Shown here one piece after another: positions 10,301 through 23,600 of a stretch of DNA of 64,000 nucleotides (positions are counted from its first letter, which is position 1; every line of letters starts with the position of its first letter). The DNA is from Octopus sinensis (taxonomy: Eukaryota), in the NCBI RefSeq assembly GCF_006345805.1, contig NC_043005.1:30938001-31002000 (forward strand), read 5' to 3'. The notes beneath the pieces are model-generated. The model searched no databases, was not told the DNA's origin, and saw nothing but the letters and a program-made list of their open reading frames with translations. A program made the translations under genes and the position numbers.

Positions 10301-13300
10301 TGGGAATGTAGACACTTTTGCTGAGCCTTGCGGCGTTAAGTTGAACTTAACTCGAATTATGACCATGTTATACAACAGTAGATTGAACATATTTTTTATG
10401 ACTTTTGTTTTACGATATTTTTTTATGTTATTATTGCACTCTAATTTATACTTTGTAAATTAAGATTATTATATTTTATCTTTTAAAATTTTTTCTCCAT
10501 AGATTTCATTATATATCTTTTTATACTTTTTGCATTTTGACATTCATTCGTATTTGTTTACGTCCACTGTTATCTTCTGCATTTCACTACTCACAGTTTT
10601 GAACTGCTAAACATTATTATTGCACTTCCTCAATTTGAATCTTAAACATTAAAGACTTCATTCATACATTTCTATACATACATACTTTTTTGAATGCCCA
10701 TTACTCCGATAATTCTGCATTTTTACAGTTACACTATTTCCATGACAGTAGATAGATTTTTTTATTCCACAACGTATTTGTAGTGGCTTCACGCAAACAT
10801 AGCGTGGATTTGATCCTCGATTGCCAAATTTCACTGAATACTTCAACAGCATTTTTCTCATGGTAAAACAATATTTTTGCTGTGAATGACAGCAGTTATA
10901 CATTTCCCAGATGCCTTCACGAAGCAGAATAATGTCTTTGCCTCTTGCCAACCTCCAACAACCTCTCTCACCAACCTCTGACAATCTTTCTCGTCAACCT
11001 CCAACAATCTCTCCATCCTCCAGCTGACAGTATTTTGTACTTTTCCGTGACAGAAAATACACCTTTTATGGCAGTTATAACAAAATTGCTTTCTTATATC
11101 AGAGTAATAAGGCATTTCAATAGAACATCTTTACCCCGCCGGGAATTACCATATACACCAGCTAGTATATATATCATCATCATCATTTAATGTCCGCTTT
11201 CCATGCTAGCATGGGTTGGACGATTTGACTGAGCTCTGGCGAACCAGACCCCAATCTGATCTGGCAGAGTTTCTACAGCTGGATGCCCTCCCTAACGCCA
11301 ACCACTCCGAGAGTGTAGTGGGTGCTTTTACGTGCCACCGGCACGAAGGCCAGTTTGGTGGTACTGGCAACGGCCATGCCCAAATGGTGCTTTTTATGTG
11401 CCACCTGCAGTCCAGTGGCACTGGCAACGACCTCGCTCGAATGTTTCATGTGCCACCAGCACAAGTGCTAGTATGGCAATGCGGTAATGATCACGCTCGA
11501 ATAGTGTGTTTAACGTGCCATTGGTACAAAGGCCAACTTGTTGCTCTGGCAACGATCTCACTCATATGGTACTCTTAGCACCCCACTAGCAACGGATGCC
11601 AGTCACCGAGTTTGATTTCGATTTCGATTTCACTTGCCTCAACTGGTCTTCGCAAGCAGAGTTTAGTATCCAATGAAGAAAAGGCACGCATAAGTGGACT
11701 GGTTACACTCCTAGCATAGGCCACAAGGTTATGGTCACACTTGCGCTTGCCGAGTCTTCTGCAGCACAGCATATTTCCAGAGGTCCCGGTCACTAGTCAT
11801 TGCCTCGGTGAGGCCTAATATTTGAAGGTCATGCTTCACCACCTCATCCCAGGTCTTCCTGGGTCTACCTCTTCCACAAGTTCCTTCAACCACTAGGGTG
11901 TGGCACTTTTTCACACAGCTATCCTCATCCATTCTTGCCACCATACCAGCGCAATTGTCTCTCTTGCACACCACATCTGATGCTTATTAGGTCCAACTTT
12001 TCTCTCAAGGTACTACACTCTGTCAAGTATGCATACTGACATGACACATGGCTGTTCGTACACATGCGTCGTACAGTCTACCTTTTACTCTGAGCGAGAG
12101 GCCCTTTGTCACCAGCAGAAGTAAGAGCTCTCTGAACTTAGCCCAGGTTATTCTTATTCTAGCAGCTACACTTTCAGTGCACCTTCCCCCGCTACTGACT
12201 TGGTCACCTAGGTAATGGAAGCTATCAACTACTTCTAGTTTTTCTATGCATGTATATATGTGAGATAATAGTTTCACTTTAATACTTTAAAGTATCTCAC
12301 ATTACAACAGAGCTGTTATGGTTTCACTTTTGACATGTAATATTGAAATAGTGTAAGAGATAAGAGATTGTTCTGATCTCGCATTAGTCAAGAAGTTGAA
12401 CATTTTTTTGACCTGTGACACTGCATGGACCCTATGTAAGGCATGTGTAAAATTTGAATGAAATTGGTTGGGTAGTTCTTGAGTTTTAGTGATGCACACA
12501 TACGGACAGACACATTCTCAGCTTTATATATATAAATAATGCTGCCTTTTGAATGAAACTACATTAAAACTATAACTTTAATTTACTAATAGATATACTG
12601 ATATAAAATAAGCTTATTCTAACTAATTAAACTTCTGCAAGATGGTGGAAATTCACTATTTGGATAGACAGTGTGCATGGTATATCAGATAGATGGCTTA
12701 TTTTATGTTGTTTCATATGTTTGCAAGGTCTAGAAGTGTTCTAATAAAAAGTCAGTTGTTACTTATTTTGATGATGGATCTTAAAAACAGGGAGTTGGAT
12801 CTTTCTCTGTCTGGGGGTTGACTATTGATAGTTGTCATAGACCTCCATTGACTCTGCTTGTAGCATCAGAAACAAGAAATAACCTGGCTGATTTGAAAGT
12901 GACTGTACTAGAAGCAGCTATATCCTGGTTAAAACACTATTTGAAAAAAAAATTTGATTTTGTTATCTTCAGCCAAACATCACTCAATGTTGGAGTTGAA
13001 GAGATTGTAGCAGGACATCTCAGCATAGAATACATACTTGAACATCTATTTTGCAATGTGCACCCTTCACTTTTGTTCGATTGAGTAATAACTAAACAGT
13101 GGAGTGACAGTGAGAATACAATTGGACAAGACAAAATTTATTCTAAGTTTTCTTATAAATGCAACATCGAGCTCATTTAGTGTCACTGAACAGGCTCTTG
13201 ATTGCATAACAAAATTAATCAATCATGATTTTGATCACAAGTCATGGAGCAAAGTGGGTGAATTTCAGAAGCACATTCAACCACAGGTTAATAAATCTGT

Positions 13301-16300
13301 TGCCCTGAAGAATGAACATTTTCACTGTCTTACTTTAACTTGTGCAATAACTTTATATCACCTGGATGATGTGGCATTGTATTTGGCGAAATACGAGCAT
13401 GTTACAAATCAACTGGCTTGTATTATATGATGTTTCATAGGCCTGGAGTTCCTCAAAATCTTGTATTGCGCAGGAGCGCTGATTGGACTGCACCTTGCCG
13501 AACCATTCCTTTCACTCACACTTCAACAAACACAACCTACTCAAAACTTGTACCTGCTTTCAAACAACTTTATCATGACCTTTCCACAGTGGATCCAAAC
13601 CGATTGCTAAATGCACATAGTCCTGCATTCAGTTTCATATCTTCTAGCAGATTCCAGGAAAACCAGTTATGATGAAGATATATGCTGTGCTGTTGAAGCT
13701 ATTGCAACCGAGTTGAAGCCAGCGGTATTAAAAGTACTGTTGAGGCTTCTTACAAAGTTAGCAGATGGTTTTCAGAACCGGGAGGGAGTTCTGTTTGGTT
13801 TTGGAAACATCATCAAAGAGCCTTCCCATGCTCTGGCAAACATGAGCTTTGTTAAACTAGAGAGAGCTCCCTTTCACGATCTCAATTCAGAACACAGTGT
13901 GGGATCTATCAACTCTGAGATGAGTCATCAAGGTGCCAAGCAACTTAAACTAGCATCTTCTTCCCAAGTTAAATTCAAGTCAGTGAAAGCAGACGTTAAA
14001 CGAGAGTCCAGGGCATTCAGGCAATATACCAACTCACCAAACCTAGGGGGCAGGTGCCTGACATCATTAAAATATGGGATAACCGCTAGCATCAGTTAAT
14101 TGTAGACATTTGAGAAGAAACTGCCGATATGAAAGCAAAACCTCAAAGTAAACTTAGCTAAGATGTTAGTATGTAGGACAGAAGTTAGTATGATAGTCAC
14201 TTGGACAGTTAATCAAGTAATACAAAGTGTCATTCTCAATGACTGGGGTAATAGTATAATTGTAAACAGCTATAATGACAGAGGAGGTACTTTAAAGAGA
14301 AGAAATTATAGAGGAACCAAATTGTTGGACTGAGCTATGAAGGTCATGGGGAGAGCTGTAGCACAATTGATTAGGATCAGAATTATGCTAGATGAAATGC
14401 AGTTTGGCTTTGTACTTGGGAAAGGTTCCACAAGTGCAATCTTTCTATTAAGCCGCAGAAGAAATCCCTAGCTGAGAGTAAACCACTATACTTGGCATTT
14501 GCTGTTTTTTGAGAAGGACTTTGATGGGGTGCAACACTTTGTAATTTGGGGGTTAATAAGAAAACTAAGAGAAGATAAATGGCTTTGGTGCCGTACAGCT
14601 GTGTACTAAGTAAAGTGTGTCAACAATGTGTTTAAGGCTCAGCCTTCAACCCTTTCCTATTCATCATAGCCTTTTAGGCCGTCATAGAAGAGTTGAAGAG
14701 TGGCTACCCTTGGGAATTCCCATTTGTTGATGATCTAGTTCTTTTAGCTGAATCTGTAGTGGAAATTTGAGAAGTAATTCCAGGTATGAAAGCAAACCCC
14801 AGAATCAACAAGCCTCAAGATAAACTTAGTTAAGGTATTAGTAAGAAAAAAGACAGGATCCTAATATGATCAGGGAAATGGCCTTGCATGATCTGCAGAA
14901 AAAGGAGTAGGTAAGAATTCCATATGCACTACCAAGTCTAATCTATGGACACTTGTGAGGTGTAGTGGAATCACAAGCAATATAGAAGGCAAACTTTGTT
15001 TGGTTAAGTTGTACTGGAGCAATACACAATAAGAGTATACTGAAAATAGACTCTCCTAAAAGCCTGGAAGATTCATTAGAATTAGTCAGTAGTTTTAATT
15101 ACTCAAGAGACGTAGTTAGCAGAGTTTCAGAAAGTGTAGTAGATAAGGTAAGAAAGGGCTGGAAAGAATTCAGGGGTTTCTTATCTCTGTTAGCATCTAA
15201 AATTTTTTCCTTCAGTATGGACACATTGTATGATACTTAATGTTAAAAATTTAATGCTGCATGGTACTGAGATGGGTGCCTTGAATGTAGAAGACCTGTG
15301 TAAATAGAAAGAAATGAGGGAGCATATTCAGATGGATGTCTAATGTTTGTGTACATGAATGCTGCAATACAAGTGATCTGAGAAAAAAACTGGATATAAG
15401 GGGAATTAGATATAGTGTACTCGTATAGATATAATGTGTATAGGGGATGACTACTGTATAAGGAAGTGCTGAGTGCTGTAAGTTACTGAAATTTGTGGAG
15501 GTGGAGTCTGATTTGAAGATGATAAAAAAACTGTACTGATTAGTAATATCAATGTTACAGAAAACCCAATCACCACAGCAAATATATCCTGACACAAGTG
15601 TAGTATTTAGAAGCTGAGATATTTTGTACCCTGCCAAGTTTATATTTGTTGAACCCCTCTTACCTTATATCTTTAACATACCTTTACATCTGCCCATTGC
15701 TCACCCACTTTTCACCCATCTTATCACTCAGAGCCCTCCATGTCTCATCTCTATACTAGTAGTTTCAACTGCATCATTCTATTCATTCTGACACACTTGC
15801 CCTTCACTAGCTCTCTATATGTAACTGCATCAGACTAGCTTCATTTCCCCTACCCAGTGCACTTTAACTCCACTTAGCTGTACTGCTAGCCATCACTCAG
15901 TATCTTCTCAGCCAACTCTCTTGTCACCCTTCACCTTCTTTTGCTTTTATTTCATCACCAACTTTTACCTTCAATCATCTTTACAAATCTCTCTCCTCTT
16001 AACTCCACCCCAAATAGCCTTTTCTTCATCATGATCTTGCTCCTTTCATCCACTCACTCTTACTTTCTACTTCTGTTATTGCCAGTTACTCTATTCTTGA
16101 CTTTACCTCCAAATAACTCTACCGTTTTATCATCAGACTCTTCTCTTTTCACCCGTCTACCCATTCTGGTCCTGATGTCATTGCTCTCTACCTCCTTGGA
16201 CACCTGAACAAATGTATTGGTTTTTAATTACTTTCTACACTTTTACTTACATCTTTCTTGGCCACCTCTTTCAGGCCTTTTTGTTGTCATTGCTCCTTCT

Positions 16301-19300
16301 CTTACTCCTCTCCTCTGGCTATATGTACTCTCTACTGTATATAAGGCATCTCCATCCTTTGTTGCTGCCATAATAACATCCCCCACTGCACTCCTTCTAC
16401 AGGTCATTGGTGAGTAAAACTACCTCTCTAGTGCTGGTGTCATGAAAAAATTAAATGCTCTGTAAAGTGGGTGGCAAATGAGCAGTGATAGTACAGATTG
16501 TGAGGTTTTGCCAAGGACTATTCAACTCTTCTTGTGTTGGTGCCATGAGAAAATGCACCTAGTGTGCTCTGTAATGTAATTGATGATATGAAGCGCATCC
16601 AGTTGTAGAAACTAGGTCAAATGTTATGTATGAGCGAGCACCAGTCTATGGGAGCAACATCTCCCAGCAAGAAATGACTTTGACCATGACAAAAATCCAT
16701 TTCATTCCAGCATGGAAAGCAAACATAAAATGATGGTGATTGTGGCAGTAGTGGTGGTCATGACGATTTATTTCAACACTCCATCAATTCCTCTAATGTT
16801 TCCTCACAACTCTTCTTACAACACAGTAACAAACCTGCTTGTTATACCCACCCCACGTCTTTACACTTCATGTGCAACCTCAACATTCCATGTGAGACCT
16901 GCACTACTTCTTTGAACCAAAACCTTAAAAATATTCTTCAGTAATGACATGTTAAACTGGCATCTTGCAACAACACAGACACAATACTACACATATCAAG
17001 AGAAATACCTTACGCCTCATCTTCTTTATGCAAGAACAACAAGCAACAAAAGCCTCACAGTGTCTGATGATCTTTTAGTTGTGCAAAGCAAGTGAAAAGG
17101 CTTTAACTAGAGACTGAAACTGTAAAAATAAGTTTTAATTTATTGGAAGTATACTTTTTGCTCTCACAATTACTATGCATACACACTAAATGATAGCTCT
17201 ATGTGACCACACAGCCTACAGAAATAGCAGTTAGATTCCCCTTCAAACCATATCTTACCATCTTAAAAATAGGAAGGACACATTAGATAGTGTAATTCTG
17301 GATACATTGTCTGAAAATAAGGTGGGATAGTCATTGCTGGAGCACTTTGATCTTAGGCCCACCTGATCTGAAACTAGACAAAATAACATGCTCAAAATTA
17401 AGTTAGCTAATTATTGCAGTATACATTATCGTTATATATCTGGGAATTATAATTTAAATTCATTGTTTCATTAGACTCAAAAAGAAAAATCCTTTATGAT
17501 TTCATTAGTGACAATAAAAGAAACAAATTTGTTAATTTATTTTTCTTTTTTATTTGTTTGCTGCAGAAACTTATGTGCATAAGATTCTTAAGCTTGTAAA
17601 GTAGAACAAGTTTAGCTGGTCAGCCAGTCCTGCTGTTAACTTCCATGTGCAGGTTACAATCAGAATCATAAATTACTATCTGACCTTGCTTTTCATGCTA
17701 CAGTTACTCATAAGGTGTGAGGAATCTACTGATGCAACTTAGGAACTACTTCTTGAAGTTGCATTCATTAAAGAATTAAAATTATTCCTTTCAAGAAAGA
17801 AGCTTTTGTTTAAGCATTTCTATGTTTCAGACATAGGAAGAATATATATTGTTACTAATTCATTTACCCTTCTTTGTTTTTCTCTTACCAGATCAAAGTG
17901 GAGGCAGTACTCCAGTTCAGGACGAGCCTACATATTCCGATGTAGAAAACCAAGTAAGTATTAAGAATCATTTGAACTGGCTCAGTTTTACATATACTTG
18001 ATATTTCACTTATCTCCAACATTTTGACATTAAATCTTTTTTCAGTGAAGAAACCTTTTATTCCAAGTTTGCCATCTTGTGTAACAAACATAAACAAGCT
18101 GACAGAAATGACTAATTTTAACATGACAAGTAATTTTAGTTGCCAGTGTTTTACTAATTTACTTCTAAACCATATTTTCAGTGTTTTACAAATTCACTTC
18201 TAACCTCTTCCTATCTCTTTCATAATGTTTCCACTATTTATGGGCATAATATATTGACACCTACATTCAGTAGCCAAATATAGATTTATGTCTTATCTAC
18301 ATACAACAAAAACATCTTGTTAGCACATAGATCAAAACCATCTTTATACATTTTTTTCCTCCACATGTGTGCACATGCATGAACACATGTGCATGCAGAG
18401 AGAAACTGACTAAAGCATTTATGTGAACCTTAACCTCTATAGTTCTGATCATGCCTTTGTACTTTGAGCAAACCCCCCCCCCCCCAATTTGCAAGTATTT
18501 TTTGCTGTTTCTTTCTTCACTCATATTTTTAGATAACATTTTGCAGAAATATGTTTTCGAGAGAGTGTGGATTACATTAGATTGAAAATTCAAGTTTGAA
18601 ATAAATAAGTGAAAATGCAGAGGTTATAGAAAGAAGTCAGTGGTAATGGTGTCTGTGGAGAGATAAAGAATGGTAAAGAATTCATCTAAAATACAAGTTA
18701 GAGTTTGTTGATGTGTGTGAAACAAGTAACAGTGTAATATTAAAACAAAATATCTTTTTCATACCACTTAAAATCACTGGATATAATATATATAATATAT
18801 AATAATCCCAGATTGCTGAATAGATTTGAAAAACTAAAGCACTTTCCCTTTGCAATTTTTGGCACCAAAATCGGGTAACTGATGTGTTTCATTTTTGTGT
18901 GGGGAGAGAGAGAAAGAGAGAGAGTGACCAAAAAAGGGGGCTTGTGGTATATTAAGAGGTCACCGTAATTCATTCAGCGCAAAAAAAAATTGACAATGGT
19001 TGGGATGGGGGAGGGGCGGTTTCTCACCCTCCCTTTTTTCCAAACAAAAATAAAGGGTCTGTGGTATATTAGGAGGTCAGAGTACTTGATTCCATGCAAA
19101 AAATCCGAGTTTTTTTTTTTTTTTTTTTAGTGAAAATTGGGCGGGTGTACTTCCCAAGGTGGTGGGGGTGGGTGAAATTTCTGAGGGTTCCACCCACTCC
19201 ATTTTCCGGACCAAAAAAAGGGTTTCGTGGCATATTAGGAGTTCACCAAAATTCTTTCAACGTAAAAAAAAAGGAAAAAAATTTAATGATTCCAGGATGG

Positions 19301-20585
19301 GGGTGGGGACACCCCACTTCTTTTTTCCCGAACAAAAATAAGGGGTTTGCAGCATATTAGGAGGCCAGGGTACTTGATTCCACACAAAAAATCCAAGTTT
19401 TTATTTTTCTTAGTGAAATTATTGAAATTTACCAAAATTCCTTGTTTTTTCTTGGGGTTTGACTTCTATTTCGTTGTCTTCACCATGTATATTCAGTGGT
19501 TTGAGGATGTATCCATCGGATATAATATAGTTAGGCTGACTAAATATGTTGTGTGTGACATGTATGTGTCTTTCAGTTAAACTAATTTCTTTTACTACTT
19601 GCTGTTGGTAGAATGATAAGAATAGTCAAATATATTTTTGTGGAGGAGTGTAGAAAAGATCAATTTCAGAGATAGTTTCAGTCGATTCTCTTTATTTCAA
19701 GGATATATACAATTACAACTAAATGTAAATACACCTTTAGTAATCTCCCTTCGTCAATAAAAAGAAACTTGAAAATATATCGTATAGCAGAATGTTATTT
19801 CTAGTTTTCAGTCTAAAAGTTTGTCATGAAGGGGTGACAGGAATTATAATGCAAATTACACTAGAGAAAGAGTTAGATTTATGACTTAAGGTCATTATAG
19901 AGAAGTATAACGTCTCATATTATTAGTGCAAATAACGTTTCATATTATTAGTGCAAATTAACTGTATGAGTGACTATGCTGTGACTCCACCAAATATTTT
20001 AAGCATCTCAATGGTTATTTCTAATGGTCTAGGTGGTTTCCATTTCTTCATATCCTTAATCGCCTTATCTATCATACAACTGTCAACTCTGATAGTTTGT
20101 TCCTTAGACAATATATACCCATGCAATATTTCCAGAAGTCAGTGTCATCATGATGAGAAGGTTTTCATGAGGATCTCATATTGTTAGAAATCCCGATCCA
20201 TTGTAATTACCCTGTGAGCCTCTGGGTCTGCGGGTCACCATTCACCACTTCATCCCATGTTTTCCTGGGTTTTCCTTTTCCACAAGCTCCAGCCATGCTT
20301 TGTGTTCAACACTTCTTCATACAGCTGTCCCTGTCCATACAGATCACATGTCTATGCCAGTGCAGCTTTCTTTCTTGTACACTACATCTGATTCTCCTTA
20401 TGCCCAGTCTTTATCTCAGCTTATTTGTACTATGATATTCATGCAAACTTATATTGCGTATTATGTATGTATGTATGTATATAAATAACTCTGTATTTGT
20501 ATACCTGTGTGTATGTGTACACACACACAAACAATATTTAGACCTGTGTGCTCTCTCTCTGTCTCTGTCTCTATGTGTGTGGTTA

Positions 20586-20638
<53 letters not shown>

Positions 20639-23600
20639 TCTATAATTAGGGTTCAGCAAAGATTTGCTTCACCACATACCGAAGTTTAGAAATAGCACTC
20701 AAAAAATCTTAGCTATTCCTTCTACTTTAAAAGGGGCTCCCAGAAAAACCAAAGTACTTGAAGTATGTGGTGAAGCAAATCTTTGCTGAACCCTAATTAT
20801 AAAGTATTACTTAAGCTTATCATGAAATGGTCTTCTTCATGCTGAATTCTACTTGGTGAAATTACTGATTACTTCTTAATTAATTAATTTTGCCCTTTGT
20901 TATTATTGATCATATATGTGTGTGTGTGTGCATGTGTACTTGTTATTTTACTTGCCTGTTAATTGTCAATGTGGCCAGAATACTTAAAACCACTAATCTT
21001 GTCATCAATTTTATAACTTCATTTATCCCCCCCCGTATCTCAGATTTCTATCTGTCTCTGATGCCCCTTTTTTCTATTTATGTCTGTGTTCTTACAGTCA
21101 TTATTCACATAGTGTTCAGTCTATCTGTTATGTATGCAATGTATTGTTATTTATATATGAATTCATTATGCACCTTTGTATATACATATGTATAGAGCCA
21201 TTCCATAACATATGGATGATGAAATGTTTAATTTCTCCATAAAGAACAAAGCCTCTATGTTTGAAATGCACATTTGAATAGAAGAGAAGTAGGTTACAAT
21301 TCACAAAATTTTAATTGACCAGCAGTTAAAAGTGTATCTTTTTTTTTTTTTTTGACAACAAATTGCATTCCAGCTGTGACATTGAAAAACCTGCTTTTTT
21401 GTACCAGGCATGTTTCGAAGTAAAGTTCTCTGAAAATGTTCTTTTCCAGACACCTGTTTAAATTGAAAACAAATGCTACATTTGTGAAAATATATAAACT
21501 CAAATTATAATCTGAGCTGATATTGTTGGGTATAATCCTTTATAACATAGGTTTCTAGATGTGACATTCCAGATGTGACACTGCACAAAAAGTATGAAAA
21601 GTGCTATTCTCAAAAATATTTTGTATTGTCCAATTCACATGAAAATATCTAAAAAAATGGTAACCACAACAAACTTAATTTAACTAAACACCAAAAAAAT
21701 AAAAAAGTAAAATGGAGTTATCAAATTTATTTCATAGCATTATGAACTTAGTTTTCATGACATGTCATATCAAAGCAAGGCAAAAGTTCAACTATTTGAT
21801 TTTCATGCGTCTTCCTGATCTCATTGTTAGCTTTCACTTTGCTGACAATGTCTGTGTACATGGTATCTGCAGTATTCATCAATATCAAGTTTTTTTCTTA
21901 TTCATGCACACATATATTGCATATTATGGTTTCTTTAGGTCAGTAAATGTTAGATATAGTTGCTTGGTCTCTGCTAAAAAGTTTTGTAGTTGTTTTTCAA
22001 AGGAAAGAGTATTGTGGGGGATATTCTTTTGTACAAACTTGAATTGCATTTCATCTAATGTTATTTTCTTTCTAATGAGGTTTTCTTTTACTCTTTCTGT
22101 TACTATCATGATTTGAGCTAGCAGTTTGATTTCTCTGAAGTAGCTTCCTTTTTCCTTTTTTTTTTTTTTTTGCTCTTGAAGCAGTTGATACAAATTGTAC
22201 CACAATACTAACCGTTGGAGATGACAATGTACATTTTGATTGACTTCAGTAACTGACTATTATGTGCTCTACTACACCAGATATTTTCACCATCTCAGCA
22301 ACTGTCTATAATGGCTTGGCTGTTTTCTCTGTCTTCATGTCTGTAGTTTTTATGACTCCCATGCATCTTCCACATATAAACACTACTTTTTCTGATAATC
22401 TTCCTATTATTAAGTAAATTAGTAATTTGTTAGTACCAATGAAACCTTGTAACTGTGACCTCAACAAATGTGAAATGCAACTGGCTAGATATTAGTAAAT
22501 TGTCTCAATTTTGTCACAGGATAGAAGCATACATAGATTCAACAACTATTACATGTTTATTTTGGCCACTAATACAATGTAATTCTGTTAGTGTTACTAT
22601 CATACACTTGTTATAATGATAATAAATTGATTTAAATTGATGTGTTTTGCTTTTGTTTGCACTAGTATTGAAATTTGGTTAATAAGGAGTTACTTAATGT
22701 TAAAAACTATATTGTACTTACATTTATTGAAAATGATGTTGATACAGTAAGCCATGGCATACTGAATCATCAACTTAATATCATGTTACGTCACAGATAT
22801 TTTTAAGAAAGGCATAAATGTAATAACTCCTTCTTCCCATCACTAATTGTTATATCTAATCACAAAAGTAAATAATTGTATTTTTTTTCTTGCAGGACAT
22901 TGAGAATAGTGATGATGAAGAAGAAAATCATACAAATTCTTTAAAGAATTGCAGAGCTGCTGATTCCGATGAGTATATCAGTGATGGAGGTGAATTTGTA
23001 CGTGAAGATGTTCAGCATGAATTGGAAGATGAAGAAGTAGAAAGAGAAGAAGTTGAAAGAAATTCTGATGAAAATATTTCAGATGATAATGAGGAAGATG
23101 ACAATAATAATGAGGATGATGATAATAATGATGCTGATGCTCCTAATCATCCTGGATCTATATCCAGTGCAAATCGCAGTCGCTCAGTTTCTCCAGCTCA
23201 TAGTAGATCAGATCGAAGTCGTTCAACATCCCCTCAGAGTCCAATCCATTCTCCAATGTCTGTGCCAAAAAGTAACTCAAATCCAAGTCGATCTCCTTCT
23301 CCAGTCAATCAACACTCTAGGTCTCCCTTAGACAGTCCATCACAGTCCAGAAGTCGGTCAGGTTCTCCTGCTTCGCAGAGAAGTCGTTCTGATTCTGCAC
23401 AAAGTCAACGCTCAGATTCAGCTGCCTCTCATAGAAGTAGTTCGTGGTCTCCATCGCGTCAAAATGAATCTCAGTCAGTCCACAGAAGTCGTTCAGGATC
23501 AGTTGCATCTCAACGAAGTCACTCAAGTTCTCACAGAAGTGCTTCTGGCTCTCCTGCATCACATCACAGTGAATCCAGGTCATGGCGTTCAGGTTCTGCT

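Noticed and set aside
10650-11150. Overlapping ORFs as a transposase or zinc-finger remnant
   Set aside because: No motif I could recognise in any frame.
21290-21620. Possible ancient Tx1 3' remnant on the minus strand
   Set aside because: Similarity to the 62.6-kb C-terminus is suggestive (H..VQC, F..L.R) but too weak to support without alignment.
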